A program made the position numbers and the translations under genes. From NCBI GenBank assembly GCA_964291625.2, contig OZ220089.1:4672001-4736000 (forward strand): a DNA stretch of 64,000 bases, read 5' to 3'. The notes under the pieces were generated by a model, which was given only the letters and a program-made list of their open reading frames with translations, had not been told where the DNA came from and did not search any database. This stretch comes from Candidatus Latescibacterota bacterium (GTDB taxonomy: Bacteria > Latescibacterota > UBA2968 > UBA8231). Below, one piece after another: positions 37,740 through 47,179 of this stretch; the first letter of the stretch is position 1, and every line of letters begins with the position of its first letter.

Positions 37740-38882
37740 ATGAATCCAAGGCAGACGAGGCGGCGGTTCCTGCGCGCCGGCGGGCTGGCGGCGGTCTCGG
37801 CGGTGGTGCCCGCCCTCGGGTGCGACCGCTCCAAGGTGACCTTCCTCGAGGCGCCGACGGCGCCGGCGCCGATGCCGGTGGAGGTGCCGGAGGACGGCCT
37901 GCCCGCGGAACTGCCGGCGGCGCCGATCATCTCCAACGACCGGTTCTACCTGCAGTCGATCAACGGCAAGGACTACGACCCGCGGATCCAGGCTGGGAAC
38001 TGGTCCCTCGCCGTCGACGGGCTGGTGGAGCGTCCGGAGCAGGGGCTGCGCTACGAGGCGATCACCGCCATGCCCCTGGAACGGCAGGTGATGACCATGC
38101 AGTGCATCGGCAACTGGATCGGCGGCCCCCTGGTGGGCAACGCCGAGTGGGGGGGCACCCCCTTCCGCAACCTCCTCGATCAGGTCGGTGTCCGCCCCGA
38201 GGCGATCCGCGTGAAGTTCACCAGCGTCGACCGGTACACGACCTCGATACCCCTCGAGCGGGCCCTGCGCGAGGAGGTGCTGCTCGTCTGGGAGATGAAC
38301 GGCGAGACCCTGCCGTCGAAGCACGGCTACCCGGTGCGGCTGATCAATCCCGGACACTACGGCCAGAAGATGCCCAAGTGGATCACCCGCATCGAGCTGA
38401 TCGACGAGGAGTTCCTGGGCTATTGGGAGAGGCGGCCGGAGAACAAGCCCTTCAAGTGGTCGGACGCGGCCGTGGCCACGGTGAACTCGAGGATCGACGC
38501 CCCGGTGTCGCTCTGGGACGACGTGAAGGACCCGGCCAACGGCGGCGTCACCTACGTCTTCCAGACCCTTCGGGGGGAGGTGGGCAAGGAGTACGTCGTC
38601 CACGGCATCGCCATGGCCGGCGAGCGCACCGTCGAGCTTGTGGAGGTCAGCACCGACGGCGGCGCCACCTGGGAGGAGGCCACCCTCACCTCGCGCAGCG
38701 AGCCGAACGTGTGGTGCACCTGGTCCCACCCCTGGAGCCTGCCGGCCAGCGGCCGCCACGAGATCCTGGCGCGGGCTACCGATTCGGCCGGCGATTCCCA
38801 GCCGCGCAAGGACGAGGGACCGGATCTCTACGATGGCCGCACGGGCTGGCACAGCGTGCCCGTCGACGTCTCCACCACCTGA
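37740..38882 (+). CDS. Molybdopterin-dependent oxidoreductase (sulfite oxidase family), Tat-exported lipoprotein
   Basis: TRRRFL twin-arginine motif, ALGC lipobox, MQCIGN (Mo-ligand Cys), HGYPVRLINPGHYGQKMPKWI, C-terminal Ig-like VEVSTDGG...ARATD. Confidence 0.9.
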   Translation: MNPRQTRRRFLRAGGLAAVSAVVPALGCDRSKVTFLEAPTAPAPMPVEVPEDGLPAELPAAPIISNDRFYLQSINGKDYDPRIQAGNWSLAVDGLVERPEQGLRYEAITAMPLERQVMTMQCIGNWIGGPLVGNAEWGGTPFRNLLDQVGVRPEAIRVKFTSVDRYTTSIPLERALREEVLLVWEMNGETLPSKHGYPVRLINPGHYGQKMPKWITRIELIDEEFLGYWERRPENKPFKWSDAAVATVNSRIDAPVSLWDDVKDPANGGVTYVFQTLRGEVGKEYVVHGIAMAGERTVELVEVSTDGGATWEEATLTSRSEPNVWCTWSHPWSLPASGRHEILARATDSAGDSQPRKDEGPDLYDGRTGWHSVPVDVSTT

Positions 38883-38917
38883 GGAGAGAAGGGCGCCTCA
38901 CCGGCGCCCGGGGCGGG

Positions 38918-39979
38918 TCAGGAAGGCAGGGGCAGGTCCACCCGCCGATTGCCGGAGGTGTGGCTGGCGAGCATGGCGAGGATGATCTCCAGGGTCTTGC
39001 GGGCCTCGCGGCCGCTGGAGACGAGCTCGGTCTCGGGGTTCTCGATCTTCTCGATCAGCTCGTGGACCGCCGCCAGCTGGCGTTCGTAGAGGAAGCTGTC
39101 CACCCGGATCTCGGAACCCGTCCAGTCGAAGTGGGAGCCGCCGCGGATCACCCGGCCGCCGCGGTCGCTCACCTCGATGCGGCCCTCCTCGCAGGTGATC
39201 GTCACCTGCGATCCCGGGAACTCCGCCTTGTAGATGTTGACGAAGACGCGCACGTCGTCGGCGCACCGCAGGTAGGCCGAGACGCAGGGCTCCAGGTCGG
39301 GGTCGCGGCCGCCGTCGCCGGAGTACTCGGTGTAGTCGTCGAAGCCCTCCTCGAGGTCGGCCACCAGCCACTGCACGTCCTTCCCGGCGAAGAAGGGGAT
39401 CAGGTCGATCAGGTGGGTGCCGTTGCGGAAGAGCATGGCGCGGCGGCTGAACAGCTCCGCCGAGATCGTGCGCACCGGGCCCAGATCGCCGCTGCGCAGG
39501 ATGCGCCGGGCGGCGAGATGGCGGGGGTCCCACCGCCGCGTGTGCTCCACCGACAGGGGCACGCCGCGGGCCTCGCACGCGGCGATCATGCGGTCGGCGT
39601 CGGCGAGGGTGGTGGCGATCGGCTTCTCGCACAGGATCGCCCGGGCGCCGGCCTCGGCGGCCTGCACGCACAGGTCGGCGTGGGCGTGGTCGGAGGTGGC
39701 GATGCTGACGAGATCGGCCTCCTCCCGGGCGATCATCTCGCCGAAGTCGGTGTAGGTCCGCACCTCGGGCCAGACGTCGCCCCAGTCGGACAGGAACCCG
39801 TCGAGGGCCTCCTGCCGGAGGTCGCAGACAGCCACGAGATCGGTCTGCGGGTGGGCGTGGTAGGCGCCGGCGTGAGACCCGGGCATGGGCCGGTACACGG
39901 AGGAGCCGGAACTCTCGCGGGGCCGGCCGGCCCCGATGCCGGTCAGTCCCGCCAGGACGGCCCGGTAGGTCCTGCTCAA
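38918..39979 (-). CDS. Gfo/Idh/MocA family oxidoreductase
   Basis: AGLTGIG, AVCD, CEKPIA, NGTHLID; TTG start overlaps the upstream stop. Confidence 0.88.
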   Translation of the reverse strand: MSRTYRAVLAGLTGIGAGRPRESSGSSVYRPMPGSHAGAYHAHPQTDLVAVCDLRQEALDGFLSDWGDVWPEVRTYTDFGEMIAREEADLVSIATSDHAHADLCVQAAEAGARAILCEKPIATTLADADRMIAACEARGVPLSVEHTRRWDPRHLAARRILRSGDLGPVRTISAELFSRRAMLFRNGTHLIDLIPFFAGKDVQWLVADLEEGFDDYTEYSGDGGRDPDLEPCVSAYLRCADDVRVFVNIYKAEFPGSQVTITCEEGRIEVSDRGGRVIRGGSHFDWTGSEIRVDSFLYERQLAAVHELIEKIENPETELVSSGREARKTLEIILAMLASHTSGNRRVDLPLPS

Positions 39980-40272
39980 GCGGGGTCCCCGTCGCCGAAC
40001 CAGCCCTCGATGCGGTCGCGCACGGCGCGGGCCTGGGCGGGGCTCGAGATCTCGAACTTGCTGCGCTGCTGGTAGGTCCCCTCGCGCTTCTGGTAGCGCC
40101 GGATGGAGACCTTCTGCTGGCCGTACTCGCCGGTCCTGCGGTCGAGGTCCTGGTAGAGGAACATGATCGTCGTCCAGGAGCCCTTGCTCAGGACCTCCTT
40201 GTCGACCTGCTTGCGCAGGACCTTGCCGTCTTCCTCGTAGTGGATGGTCAACTCGTCGATGGTCTCGGCCAT
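39976..40272 (-). CDS. Hypothetical protein (98 aa)
   Basis: MAETIDELTIHYEEDG...LSKGSWTTIMFLYQ...IRRYQK...SKFEISS; protein-like composition, host codon usage, coupled to the downstream gene. Confidence 0.8.
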   Translation of the reverse strand: MAETIDELTIHYEEDGKVLRKQVDKEVLSKGSWTTIMFLYQDLDRRTGEYGQQKVSIRRYQKREGTYQQRSKFEISSPAQARAVRDRIEGWFGDGDPA

Positions 40273-40519
40273 GGGGGCTTCCTGGCGGGGCAGGGGAGGG
40301 CTGAGGTACGGAAGCGGGCAATGTACGGGGGCCGGCGCCGGGCCGGCAACCCGGAGCGGCCGCGCCAGCGCCCGGTGGCCGCGTCCCCGCGGGTCTGTCG
40401 AGCGGCTGCCCGCCAGGGGCGGGGAGGGTGGCGCGGCTCCTTGCCGGGAGAGATCCGCCGGATGTATACTCGCCTCCCTCAACCCTTGTAAAAACCGCAA
40501 CATAGATCAGACTTCGACC

Positions 40520-43500
40520 GTGCCTCCGGAGCTCTCCGACAAGTTCGAGAAGCTGGACGGCCCTCTCTTCCTCACGGGTATCGAGGCGATCGTCCGGCTG
40601 CTCCTGGACAAGCAGCGCCACGACCGCGACTCGGGGAGCCCGGTCAACCAGACCTGGATCAGCGGCTACGAAGGCTCGCCCCTCGGCGGGCTCGACCTGG
40701 CCGTGGTGGAGCAGCTCGACCGGCTCAACGAGCTGGGCCGCACCGTTCACCAGTTCGGCATCAACGAGAAGACGGCGGCCTCGGCCATGCTCGGCAGCCA
40801 GTACGCCCCCTCGGGCGATGTCGACGCCTTCTGGTACGGCAAGGCCCACGGCACCATGTGGATCCCCGACGAGACCTGGCTCGCCAACCTCACCGGTTCC
40901 TCGGGCCGCGGCTCCATGGTCCTGCTCTGCGGCGAGGACCACCGCTCCAAGAGTTCCGTCTCCCCCGGGGCGAGCGACTGGGCCCTGCGCTCGAGCTGGG
41001 TCCCCACCTTCTACCCCGCCGACGTGGAGGATGTCCTGCGTCTGGGGGCCCACGCCGTCGCCCTGAGCCGCTGGCTCGGCATGGTGACCGCCCTCAAGCT
41101 GGTGACCCCGGTCTGCGACGGCGCGAGCACCGTCCTCGGCGACGCGGCCCGCTTCGACCCGAGCCTGCCGGACCCCGGCTACGCCAAGCGCTTCCACCCC
41201 ATCGTCATGGCCCTGGGCGCGCTCCCCATGCAGCGGGAGCTGGTGGAGCGCAAGGCGCCCCTGGCCGAGGCCTACGTGGCTCGGAACCAGCTCAACCGCG
41301 TCCACTGGCCGCAGGCGGGCGGCCCTCTCGGTATCGTGGCCACGGGCAAGAGCTTCGTCGACGTGGCCCAGGCCCTCGATCTGCTCGGCGCCCGGGCCCC
41401 CACCCTGCAGCTGTCCGTCATCTGGCCCCTCGATCGGGAGGCCGTCCGCCGCTTCGCCGCCGAGAGCGGCGTGGAGCGGGTCCTGGTGGTGGAGGAGCCG
41501 GGCCCCTTCGTGGAGGAGGGGGTCAAGGCCGCCCTGTGGGGGACCGGGGTGCGCGAGGTCCTCGGCGAGCGCGACGGGTCGGGGCGGCCCCTGGTGCCCT
41601 CGTGGGGAGAGGTCGATCCGGAGCACCTGGCCGGCCTCCTGTCCCCCCTCCTCGGCCAGCCGTCGCCGCCGCCCGTCCTGGACCAGGTGCGGGCCATCGA
41701 GGAGCGCCGCATGCCGGCGGTCCCGAAGGTCGCCCCCATGTCCTGCGGGGGCTGTCCCTACAACAGCTTCCGCGCCCTGGAAGGGGAGAAGCCGGGAGGG
41801 GCCATCGGCTGCAGCTCGATCCGCGCCATGGAGGCCTACGACGAGGGCGTCCTCTACATCCCCACCATGGGCGCCGGCGGCTCGATCTACTCCGGCACGG
41901 CGGTCTTCAACGACAACCGCCACATCTTCCAGTACCTCGGCGACGGCAGCTACTTCCATTCCGGCCGGGGGGCCGTGCAGAGCTGCGTGCAGGGGGACGT
42001 GAACATCACCTTCCTGCTGCTCTTCAACGGCGTCGTGGCCCTCACCGGCGGCCAGCAGCCCGGCGGCGCCCGGTCGGTGGCCGAGGTCGCCGGGGAGCTG
42101 CTCGCCCTCGGGGTGCGGGAGGTCGGCATCGTCGGCGACGAGACGGCCGGGTACGGGGCCGTCGCCGGCGATCCGCGGGTGCGCCTCTTCCCCCTCCGCC
42201 GGCAGGCCGAGGCGATCGCCCACTTCCGCGAGGCTCCCGGGACGACGGTGATGATCCTCGACAAGGAGTGCGCCACCGAGAAGGGGCGCCGCCGCCGCCG
42301 GCAGGGAGGGGCGCCGGAACGCTACGTCTTCATCGACGAGGAGATCTGCGAGGGCTGCGGCGACTGCCTGCGCCAGTCCGAGGGCTGCGCCGCTCTGTAC
42401 ACCGTCGATACCGAGCTCGGCGACAAGAGGCAGGTGCAGCAGGCCAGCTGCATGCAGGACGAGCTCTGCCTCGACGGCGAGTGCCCCTCCTTCCTGACGG
42501 TGCAGGCGAAGGGGGATGCCCGCCTCGCGCGGCGCCGTCCGCCGGTCATCGACGAGATCCCCGAGCCGCAACGGCGGCGGCTGGAGGAGGGGGAGATCCT
42601 CACCCTCCACACCGTCGGCCGCGGCGGCACCGGGGTGGTCACCGTCTCCCATCTCATCGCCTGGGCGGCGCTGCTCGACGGGCTGCGGGTGTACCTGTCC
42701 AACAACACGGGCCTGGCCCAGAAGGGGGGTCCCGTGGAGGCGCCGATCCAGCTCGGCCGCTCCCGGCAGCCGGCCTTCCACCGCCTGGTGCCGGGCAGCG
42801 CCGACGTCTACATCGGCTTCGACCTGCTCAGGGCCGCCGAGCCGTCCAACCTGCGCTACGCCGACCCCGGCCGCACGACGGCGGTGGTGAGCACGACGCG
42901 GCTGCCCACGGCCGAGCTGAACCGCAACCCCGAGCGGCACCTCCCCGACCCCGAAGGCCTGGCGGAGACGATCGACGCCTGCACCCGCGGGGAGGACAAC
43001 GTCTACCTGGACACCTGCTGGCTCGCCGAGGGCCTCTTCGGCGACATCCTCTTCGCCAACGTGATCCTTCTCGGCGCCGCGTACCAGTCGGGTCAGCTGC
43101 CTCTGCGCGCGGAATCGCTGGAGGCGGTGATCCGGCTCAACGGCAAGGCCGTGGAGGACAACCTGCAGGCCTTCCGCTGGGGCCGGCTGGCGGTGGCCGA
43201 TCCGGACCGGGTGCGCGCCGCCGTGGGCAGCCCGCGCCCCGACGCCGCCTCCGTGGTCGCCCGCAGCCGAGAGCGGCTGAACCCCGATCCCGCCGGGCTG
43301 GCCGAGCACGACAGGGCCCTTCAGTCCCTCGGGCTGTCCGCCGAGGGGGAGCGCACCGTGAGCCACCGCCTCGCCCACCTCGTGGACTGGCAGGACAGCG
43401 CCTGGGCCCGGCGCTACGTCGCGGCCCTCGAACGGGTGCGCGAGGCCGAGAGAGCCGCCGGGGCGGCGGAGGGGGAGGAGAGGCTGACCCTGGCCGCGGC

Positions 43501-43978
43501 CCGGAGCCTGCACAAGCTCATGACCTACAAGGACGAGTACGAAGTCGCCCGGCTGATCGCCGAGGGGGAGAGCTCACGGCGCATCGAGGATCTCTTCGAC
43601 GGCCCGGTGCGCGTCTCCCGTCACCTGCACCCGCCGACGCTGCGGCCCTTCGGCGTCGGCAAGATCCGCCTCGGCCCGTGGATCCGGCCGCTCATGGGCC
43701 TGCTCTACCGCGTCCGCGGGCTTCGGGGAACGGCGCTCGACCCCTTCCGGCGCACCGCCTGCCGCCGCCTCGAGCGCGAGCTGATCCCATGGTACGAGGG
43801 CGTGCTCGACGAACTGCTGGAGTCCCTGGGGAGGGGCGCGCCCCTGGAGAAGGTCCTGAGTGCCGCCGAGGCGCCGGACCGCATCCGCGGCTTCGAGCAC
43901 GTCAAGGAGGCCTCGGCGCGGCGGGTGCGGGACCAGGTGCGCGTCGAGATCGAGGAGCTGCGGACGGTCAGAGCCTGA
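40520..43978 (+). CDS. Single-chain indolepyruvate:ferredoxin oxidoreductase family protein
   Basis: SGYEGSPLGGLD, GINEKTAA, CGGCPYN, TPP motif GDGSYFHSG, CEGCGDC ferredoxin, GGTGVVT, GLAQKGG, KLMTYKDEYEVARL, IRGFEHVK. Confidence 0.92.
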   Translation: MPPELSDKFEKLDGPLFLTGIEAIVRLLLDKQRHDRDSGSPVNQTWISGYEGSPLGGLDLAVVEQLDRLNELGRTVHQFGINEKTAASAMLGSQYAPSGDVDAFWYGKAHGTMWIPDETWLANLTGSSGRGSMVLLCGEDHRSKSSVSPGASDWALRSSWVPTFYPADVEDVLRLGAHAVALSRWLGMVTALKLVTPVCDGASTVLGDAARFDPSLPDPGYAKRFHPIVMALGALPMQRELVERKAPLAEAYVARNQLNRVHWPQAGGPLGIVATGKSFVDVAQALDLLGARAPTLQLSVIWPLDREAVRRFAAESGVERVLVVEEPGPFVEEGVKAALWGTGVREVLGERDGSGRPLVPSWGEVDPEHLAGLLSPLLGQPSPPPVLDQVRAIEERRMPAVPKVAPMSCGGCPYNSFRALEGEKPGGAIGCSSIRAMEAYDEGVLYIPTMGAGGSIYSGTAVFNDNRHIFQYLGDGSYFHSGRGAVQSCVQGDVNITFLLLFNGVVALTGGQQPGGARSVAEVAGELLALGVREVGIVGDETAGYGAVAGDPRVRLFPLRRQAEAIAHFREAPGTTVMILDKECATEKGRRRRRQGGAPERYVFIDEEICEGCGDCLRQSEGCAALYTVDTELGDKRQVQQASCMQDELCLDGECPSFLTVQAKGDARLARRRPPVIDEIPEPQRRRLEEGEILTLHTVGRGGTGVVTVSHLIAWAALLDGLRVYLSNNTGLAQKGGPVEAPIQLGRSRQPAFHRLVPGSADVYIGFDLLRAAEPSNLRYADPGRTTAVVSTTRLPTAELNRNPERHLPDPEGLAETIDACTRGEDNVYLDTCWLAEGLFGDILFANVILLGAAYQSGQLPLRAESLEAVIRLNGKAVEDNLQAFRWGRLAVADPDRVRAAVGSPRPDAASVVARSRERLNPDPAGLAEHDRALQSLGLSAEGERTVSHRLAHLVDWQDSAWARRYVAALERVREAERAAGAAEGEERLTLAAARSLHKLMTYKDEYEVARLIAEGESSRRIEDLFDGPVRVSRHLHPPTLRPFGVGKIRLGPWIRPLMGLLYRVRGLRGTALDPFRRTACRRLERELIPWYEGVLDELLESLGRGAPLEKVLSAAEAPDRIRGFEHVKEASARRVRDQVRVEIEELRTVRA

Positions 43979-44804
43979 CCGGCTCCAGGCTCCCGCCGCG
44001 GGCGGCGCGGCGCAGGGCGGCGTGCACGGCCGCCCGGGTCCGGCGGCGGAGCGAGGACCGGCGAGGGCTCGCCAGGGCCTCGCCGATCCACCCGGCGTCG
44101 GGCCACGCCGGCGGGACCGGCAGGGAGCGCTCTCCCCGCGAGTCCCGCCGCTCGGCGGCCCCGGTGCCGTCGACTTGAACGAGTCCGCCCGTTCCCAGAA
44201 GCAACAGGTCCTGCCCCGGGTCCGGGGCCGGCGTCACCACCAGTTGGGCCGAGGCGCCGCTCTCGACGACGAGGGTGGCCGTGGCGTGGCAGCGGCCGCT
44301 CCGGGCCACGGCTCCCACCGACAACCGCGACATGCGACTGTCCAGCAGCTCCAGGGCCCCCTCCAGAGCCTCGAGCAGGGCCCACCAGGCGCCGAGGAGG
44401 CCGCCGTTGCCGCCGCCGATCACCTGTCGGATGTAGACGGGGCGGCCGAAGGCGGGCCTCTGCCTCACGCCGTCGACGCTGGACCAGCTGCGAGAGTGCC
44501 GCCAGCGTCCCGCCGCGTGCTCGGGGTCGTCGGCGCGGGCGGCGGCCGGTCCGGCCAGCACGGCCGGGATCCCCCGCTGCCGGCAGATCTCGAGGTCGCC
44601 GGCCAGGCCGCGGTAGGGGGTCAGCACGGCCACGGCGGAAGCCCGCTCCAGGCCCTCGGCGACGGACCCGAAGCGGGGCGCCTCGATGGCCGGGCGCCCC
44701 GGGCGGCCGATTCCGACCCATCCCGTCAGTCCGTGACTCGCGGCGATCGATTCCAGCGCCGGCGCCCGGTCGGCTCCGCAGACGACGACCAGTCCGTCCG
44801 CCAT
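43968..44804 (-). CDS. Hypothetical protein, remote or degenerate Gfo/Idh/MocA-like
   Basis: Start overlaps the upstream oxidoreductase stop; segments FGRPVYIR and LLLLGTGGLVQVD resemble the Gfo C-domain; no EKP motif. Confidence 0.55.
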   Translation of the reverse strand: MADGLVVVCGADRAPALESIAASHGLTGWVGIGRPGRPAIEAPRFGSVAEGLERASAVAVLTPYRGLAGDLEICRQRGIPAVLAGPAAARADDPEHAAGRWRHSRSWSSVDGVRQRPAFGRPVYIRQVIGGGNGGLLGAWWALLEALEGALELLDSRMSRLSVGAVARSGRCHATATLVVESGASAQLVVTPAPDPGQDLLLLGTGGLVQVDGTGAAERRDSRGERSLPVPPAWPDAGWIGEALASPRRSSLRRRTRAAVHAALRRAARGGSLEPVRL

Positions 44805-45952
44805 CAGGCTCTTCCCCTGGCCAGCGGCAGGTCGACGACGGCGCCGCCCTCGCAGATCGACTGGTACCCGGCCAGCAGGATCTCCATGTTGTCGCGGGCC
44901 CGGGCCACGGGGTACGACGGCTCCCGGTCCTCGTCGAGGGCGCTCACCAGCTCGTCGAGGCCGGCGGCGAGACCGGCCGAGTCCGGCGACAGGGAAGGGT
45001 TGAGGACAGGGGGGCCGCTGGCCCACTGCATCCAGTCCTCGGGGTTCGGCTCGTAGCGGGTGGCGACGATCTCGGGACGCAGGAAGGCCTGCGCCGCGGG
45101 CCTCTTGGCGTCGATGGTGAGGGTGCCGCGGGAGCCGACGAGGAAGGCCCGCAAGGGGCCCCCGGCGGGATGGCTGGCGACGCCGATGCGGCCGCCGCAG
45201 ATCGTGGCGCTGCGGCCGGGGGCGTCGCTCATGGCGAGGGTGCCGAAGTCCTCGGTGCCGGTGCGGGCGTGCTCGGGGAAGAAGAAGGCGCCACCGTGGC
45301 CCACGACCCGGGCCACGGGCTGGTCGAGACAGGCCTGCACGAGGCCGACGGCGTAGGACCCCACGGTGAGCAGCTCGCGCTTGACCTCGTCGAACTTCCA
45401 CCGCCCCGCGGGACGGAAGGGGCGGCGGTCCTCGTCGGCGATCGGCCGGGGCCACCCCTTGGAGAACATGGCGTCCACGTGGACGCCGAGGAGCTCCCCC
45501 ACCGGATCGTTGCGCAGGGCCTGGAGGGCGTGGCTCACGAGGGAGCCGTAGTGGAAGCTGGGCACGAGGGCCCGCACCCCGGCGGCGGCCACGGCGTCGA
45601 CCACGGCGTCGCACTCGTCGACGGTGGCGCCCATGAACTTGTCGATCCAGAGGTGCTTGCCGGCGCCGGCGCCGCGCACGGCGAGGCCCGACCGGCGCTC
45701 GATCTCGTGGGCGATGCTGACGATCTCCACGTCGTCCCGCCGCAAGCCGTCCTCGACCGTGGGCAGGTAGGGCACGCCGAGGTCCCGGGCCCAGCGGCGG
45801 TTCACCTGCCGCAGGGGCTCGTCGATCTCGCCGTCCTCGTCGGCGACGGCGACGATTCGCGTCCGCGGGTGAGCCTGGTAGAGGGGGACGAAGCTGCTCT
45901 GGTGGCTGTGGCGGCTGAAGCTGACGAGGAGAACGCCGTAGGGGCGGGTCAT
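44804..45952 (-). CDS. Gfo/Idh/MocA family oxidoreductase
   Basis: IVAVADE, GKHLWIDKFMG, VGELLGVH, TEDFG. Confidence 0.85.
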   Translation of the reverse strand: MTRPYGVLLVSFSRHSHQSSFVPLYQAHPRTRIVAVADEDGEIDEPLRQVNRRWARDLGVPYLPTVEDGLRRDDVEIVSIAHEIERRSGLAVRGAGAGKHLWIDKFMGATVDECDAVVDAVAAAGVRALVPSFHYGSLVSHALQALRNDPVGELLGVHVDAMFSKGWPRPIADEDRRPFRPAGRWKFDEVKRELLTVGSYAVGLVQACLDQPVARVVGHGGAFFFPEHARTGTEDFGTLAMSDAPGRSATICGGRIGVASHPAGGPLRAFLVGSRGTLTIDAKRPAAQAFLRPEIVATRYEPNPEDWMQWASGPPVLNPSLSPDSAGLAAGLDELVSALDEDREPSYPVARARDNMEILLAGYQSICEGGAVVDLPLARGRA

Positions 45953-46022
45953 GTCCGAAAGAAAGGCGCCCGGCGGGGGAGGCGCGACTCGCCGCCGCAG
46001 GGAGGCCCGATCCCCGTCCGGG

Positions 46023-46709
46023 TCAGGTGCCCCGGGTGTTGCCCCACAGCTCGATGTGCAGGCGGCCGGTGAAGCGGAAGCCCTCGTCCCGGCAGATCTC
46101 GGCCACCACCCGGCTGCGCTCCATCAGGACCTCGCGGCTCACCCCCTCGGGCATGAGGTAGACGAGGTTGCGCGGGATCCGCCAGCGCTCCACGTGCTCG
46201 AGGATCTCCGGAAGATCCCCGGGCCCCTGGACGACGTACTTCACCTGCACCCGGCATCCGGCGTCGAGGAAGCGCGGGATCAGGTCGTGGCGGTTGTTGC
46301 CGTCGTGGAGCCGCTGCTCGGAGGGGTGCCCGGCGCCGGGCCGGCTGTTGGCCAGCTTCGGCGAGAGGCTGAAGAGGTGGGGGCGCAGCCCCTCGATGAA
46401 GCGGGTCGCCGCGGTCTCGATGGTGACCAGTTGGCCGCGCTCGCTCAACCCCTCGACCAGGCGCGGCAGGTCGGGCTGCAGCATCGGCTCGCCCCCGGTG
46501 ACGACGGCGTGCTCCACGTCGCGCCAGACCTCGGTCTCGGCGAGGACGCTCTCCACGTCGACCTTCCGGCCTTCGCTGTGCCAGGAGGTGTAGGGGGTGT
46601 CGCACCAGGTGCAGCGCAGGTTGCAGCCCGAGGTGCGGACGAAGAGGCTGGGATGGCCGGCGTAGCGGCCCTCGCCCTGGAGGCTGGTGAAGATCTCCGA
46701 GAGCTGCAA
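46023..46709 (-). CDS. queE: 7-carboxy-7-deazaguanine synthase (radical SAM)
   Basis: EIFTSLQGEG, FVRTSGCNLRCTWCDTPY, TGGEPM, SLSPKL, RLHIELWG. Confidence 0.92.
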   Translation of the reverse strand: MQLSEIFTSLQGEGRYAGHPSLFVRTSGCNLRCTWCDTPYTSWHSEGRKVDVESVLAETEVWRDVEHAVVTGGEPMLQPDLPRLVEGLSERGQLVTIETAATRFIEGLRPHLFSLSPKLANSRPGAGHPSEQRLHDGNNRHDLIPRFLDAGCRVQVKYVVQGPGDLPEILEHVERWRIPRNLVYLMPEGVSREVLMERSRVVAEICRDEGFRFTGRLHIELWGNTRGT

Positions 46710-46721
46710 GGCGCGGCCGGC

Positions 46722-47054
46722 TCAGTCCGTGAGCCGGCTGATCTTGGCGGCGCAGATGAAGTCGTTCTCGGAGAGGCCGTCGATGGCGTGGGTCCAGAGC
46801 TTCACCGTGCACTCCCGGAACCCGACCTCCATCACCGGGTGGTGGTTCTCCTGGTTGGCCACCCAGGCCACGGCGTTCACGAAGGAGATCGTCTTGTAGT
46901 AGTTGCCGAAGCGGAAGCTGCGCTCCAGGTGTCCGTCGGACACGGCCCAGCCCTCCACCTTCGGCAGCAGGGCCTCGATCTCCGCCTCCGTCATCGGCGG
47001 GACCCCCCCCTCGCAGGGCTTGCAGGTCCGGGCCGTCAGATCGAATGTTGTCAT
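46722..47054 (-). CDS. phhB: Pterin-4-alpha-carbinolamine dehydratase
   Basis: CKPCEGGVPP, ENHHP, WTHAIDGLSENDFICAAKI. Confidence 0.93.
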   Translation of the reverse strand: MTTFDLTARTCKPCEGGVPPMTEAEIEALLPKVEGWAVSDGHLERSFRFGNYYKTISFVNAVAWVANQENHHPVMEVGFRECTVKLWTHAIDGLSENDFICAAKISRLTD

Positions 47055-47179
47055 GAACGGGCTCCGCGTGCTGTGCATCGGGTGCCGCCGGGTACGCCGG
47101 CGCCGCTCGGACAGCGAAGATACGGCCGCCGCCAGGCCGGTCAACGCGGCGCCGGGGCGGCCATGGGAGCGGGAGGAAG

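Noticed and set aside
38918-43513. 1531-aa minus-strand ORF (similarly 47583..51881, 2870..5182, 5121..7880, 54309..55961)
   Set aside because: Stop-poor antisense frames caused by high GC; only 38918..39979 of this ORF is a real gene
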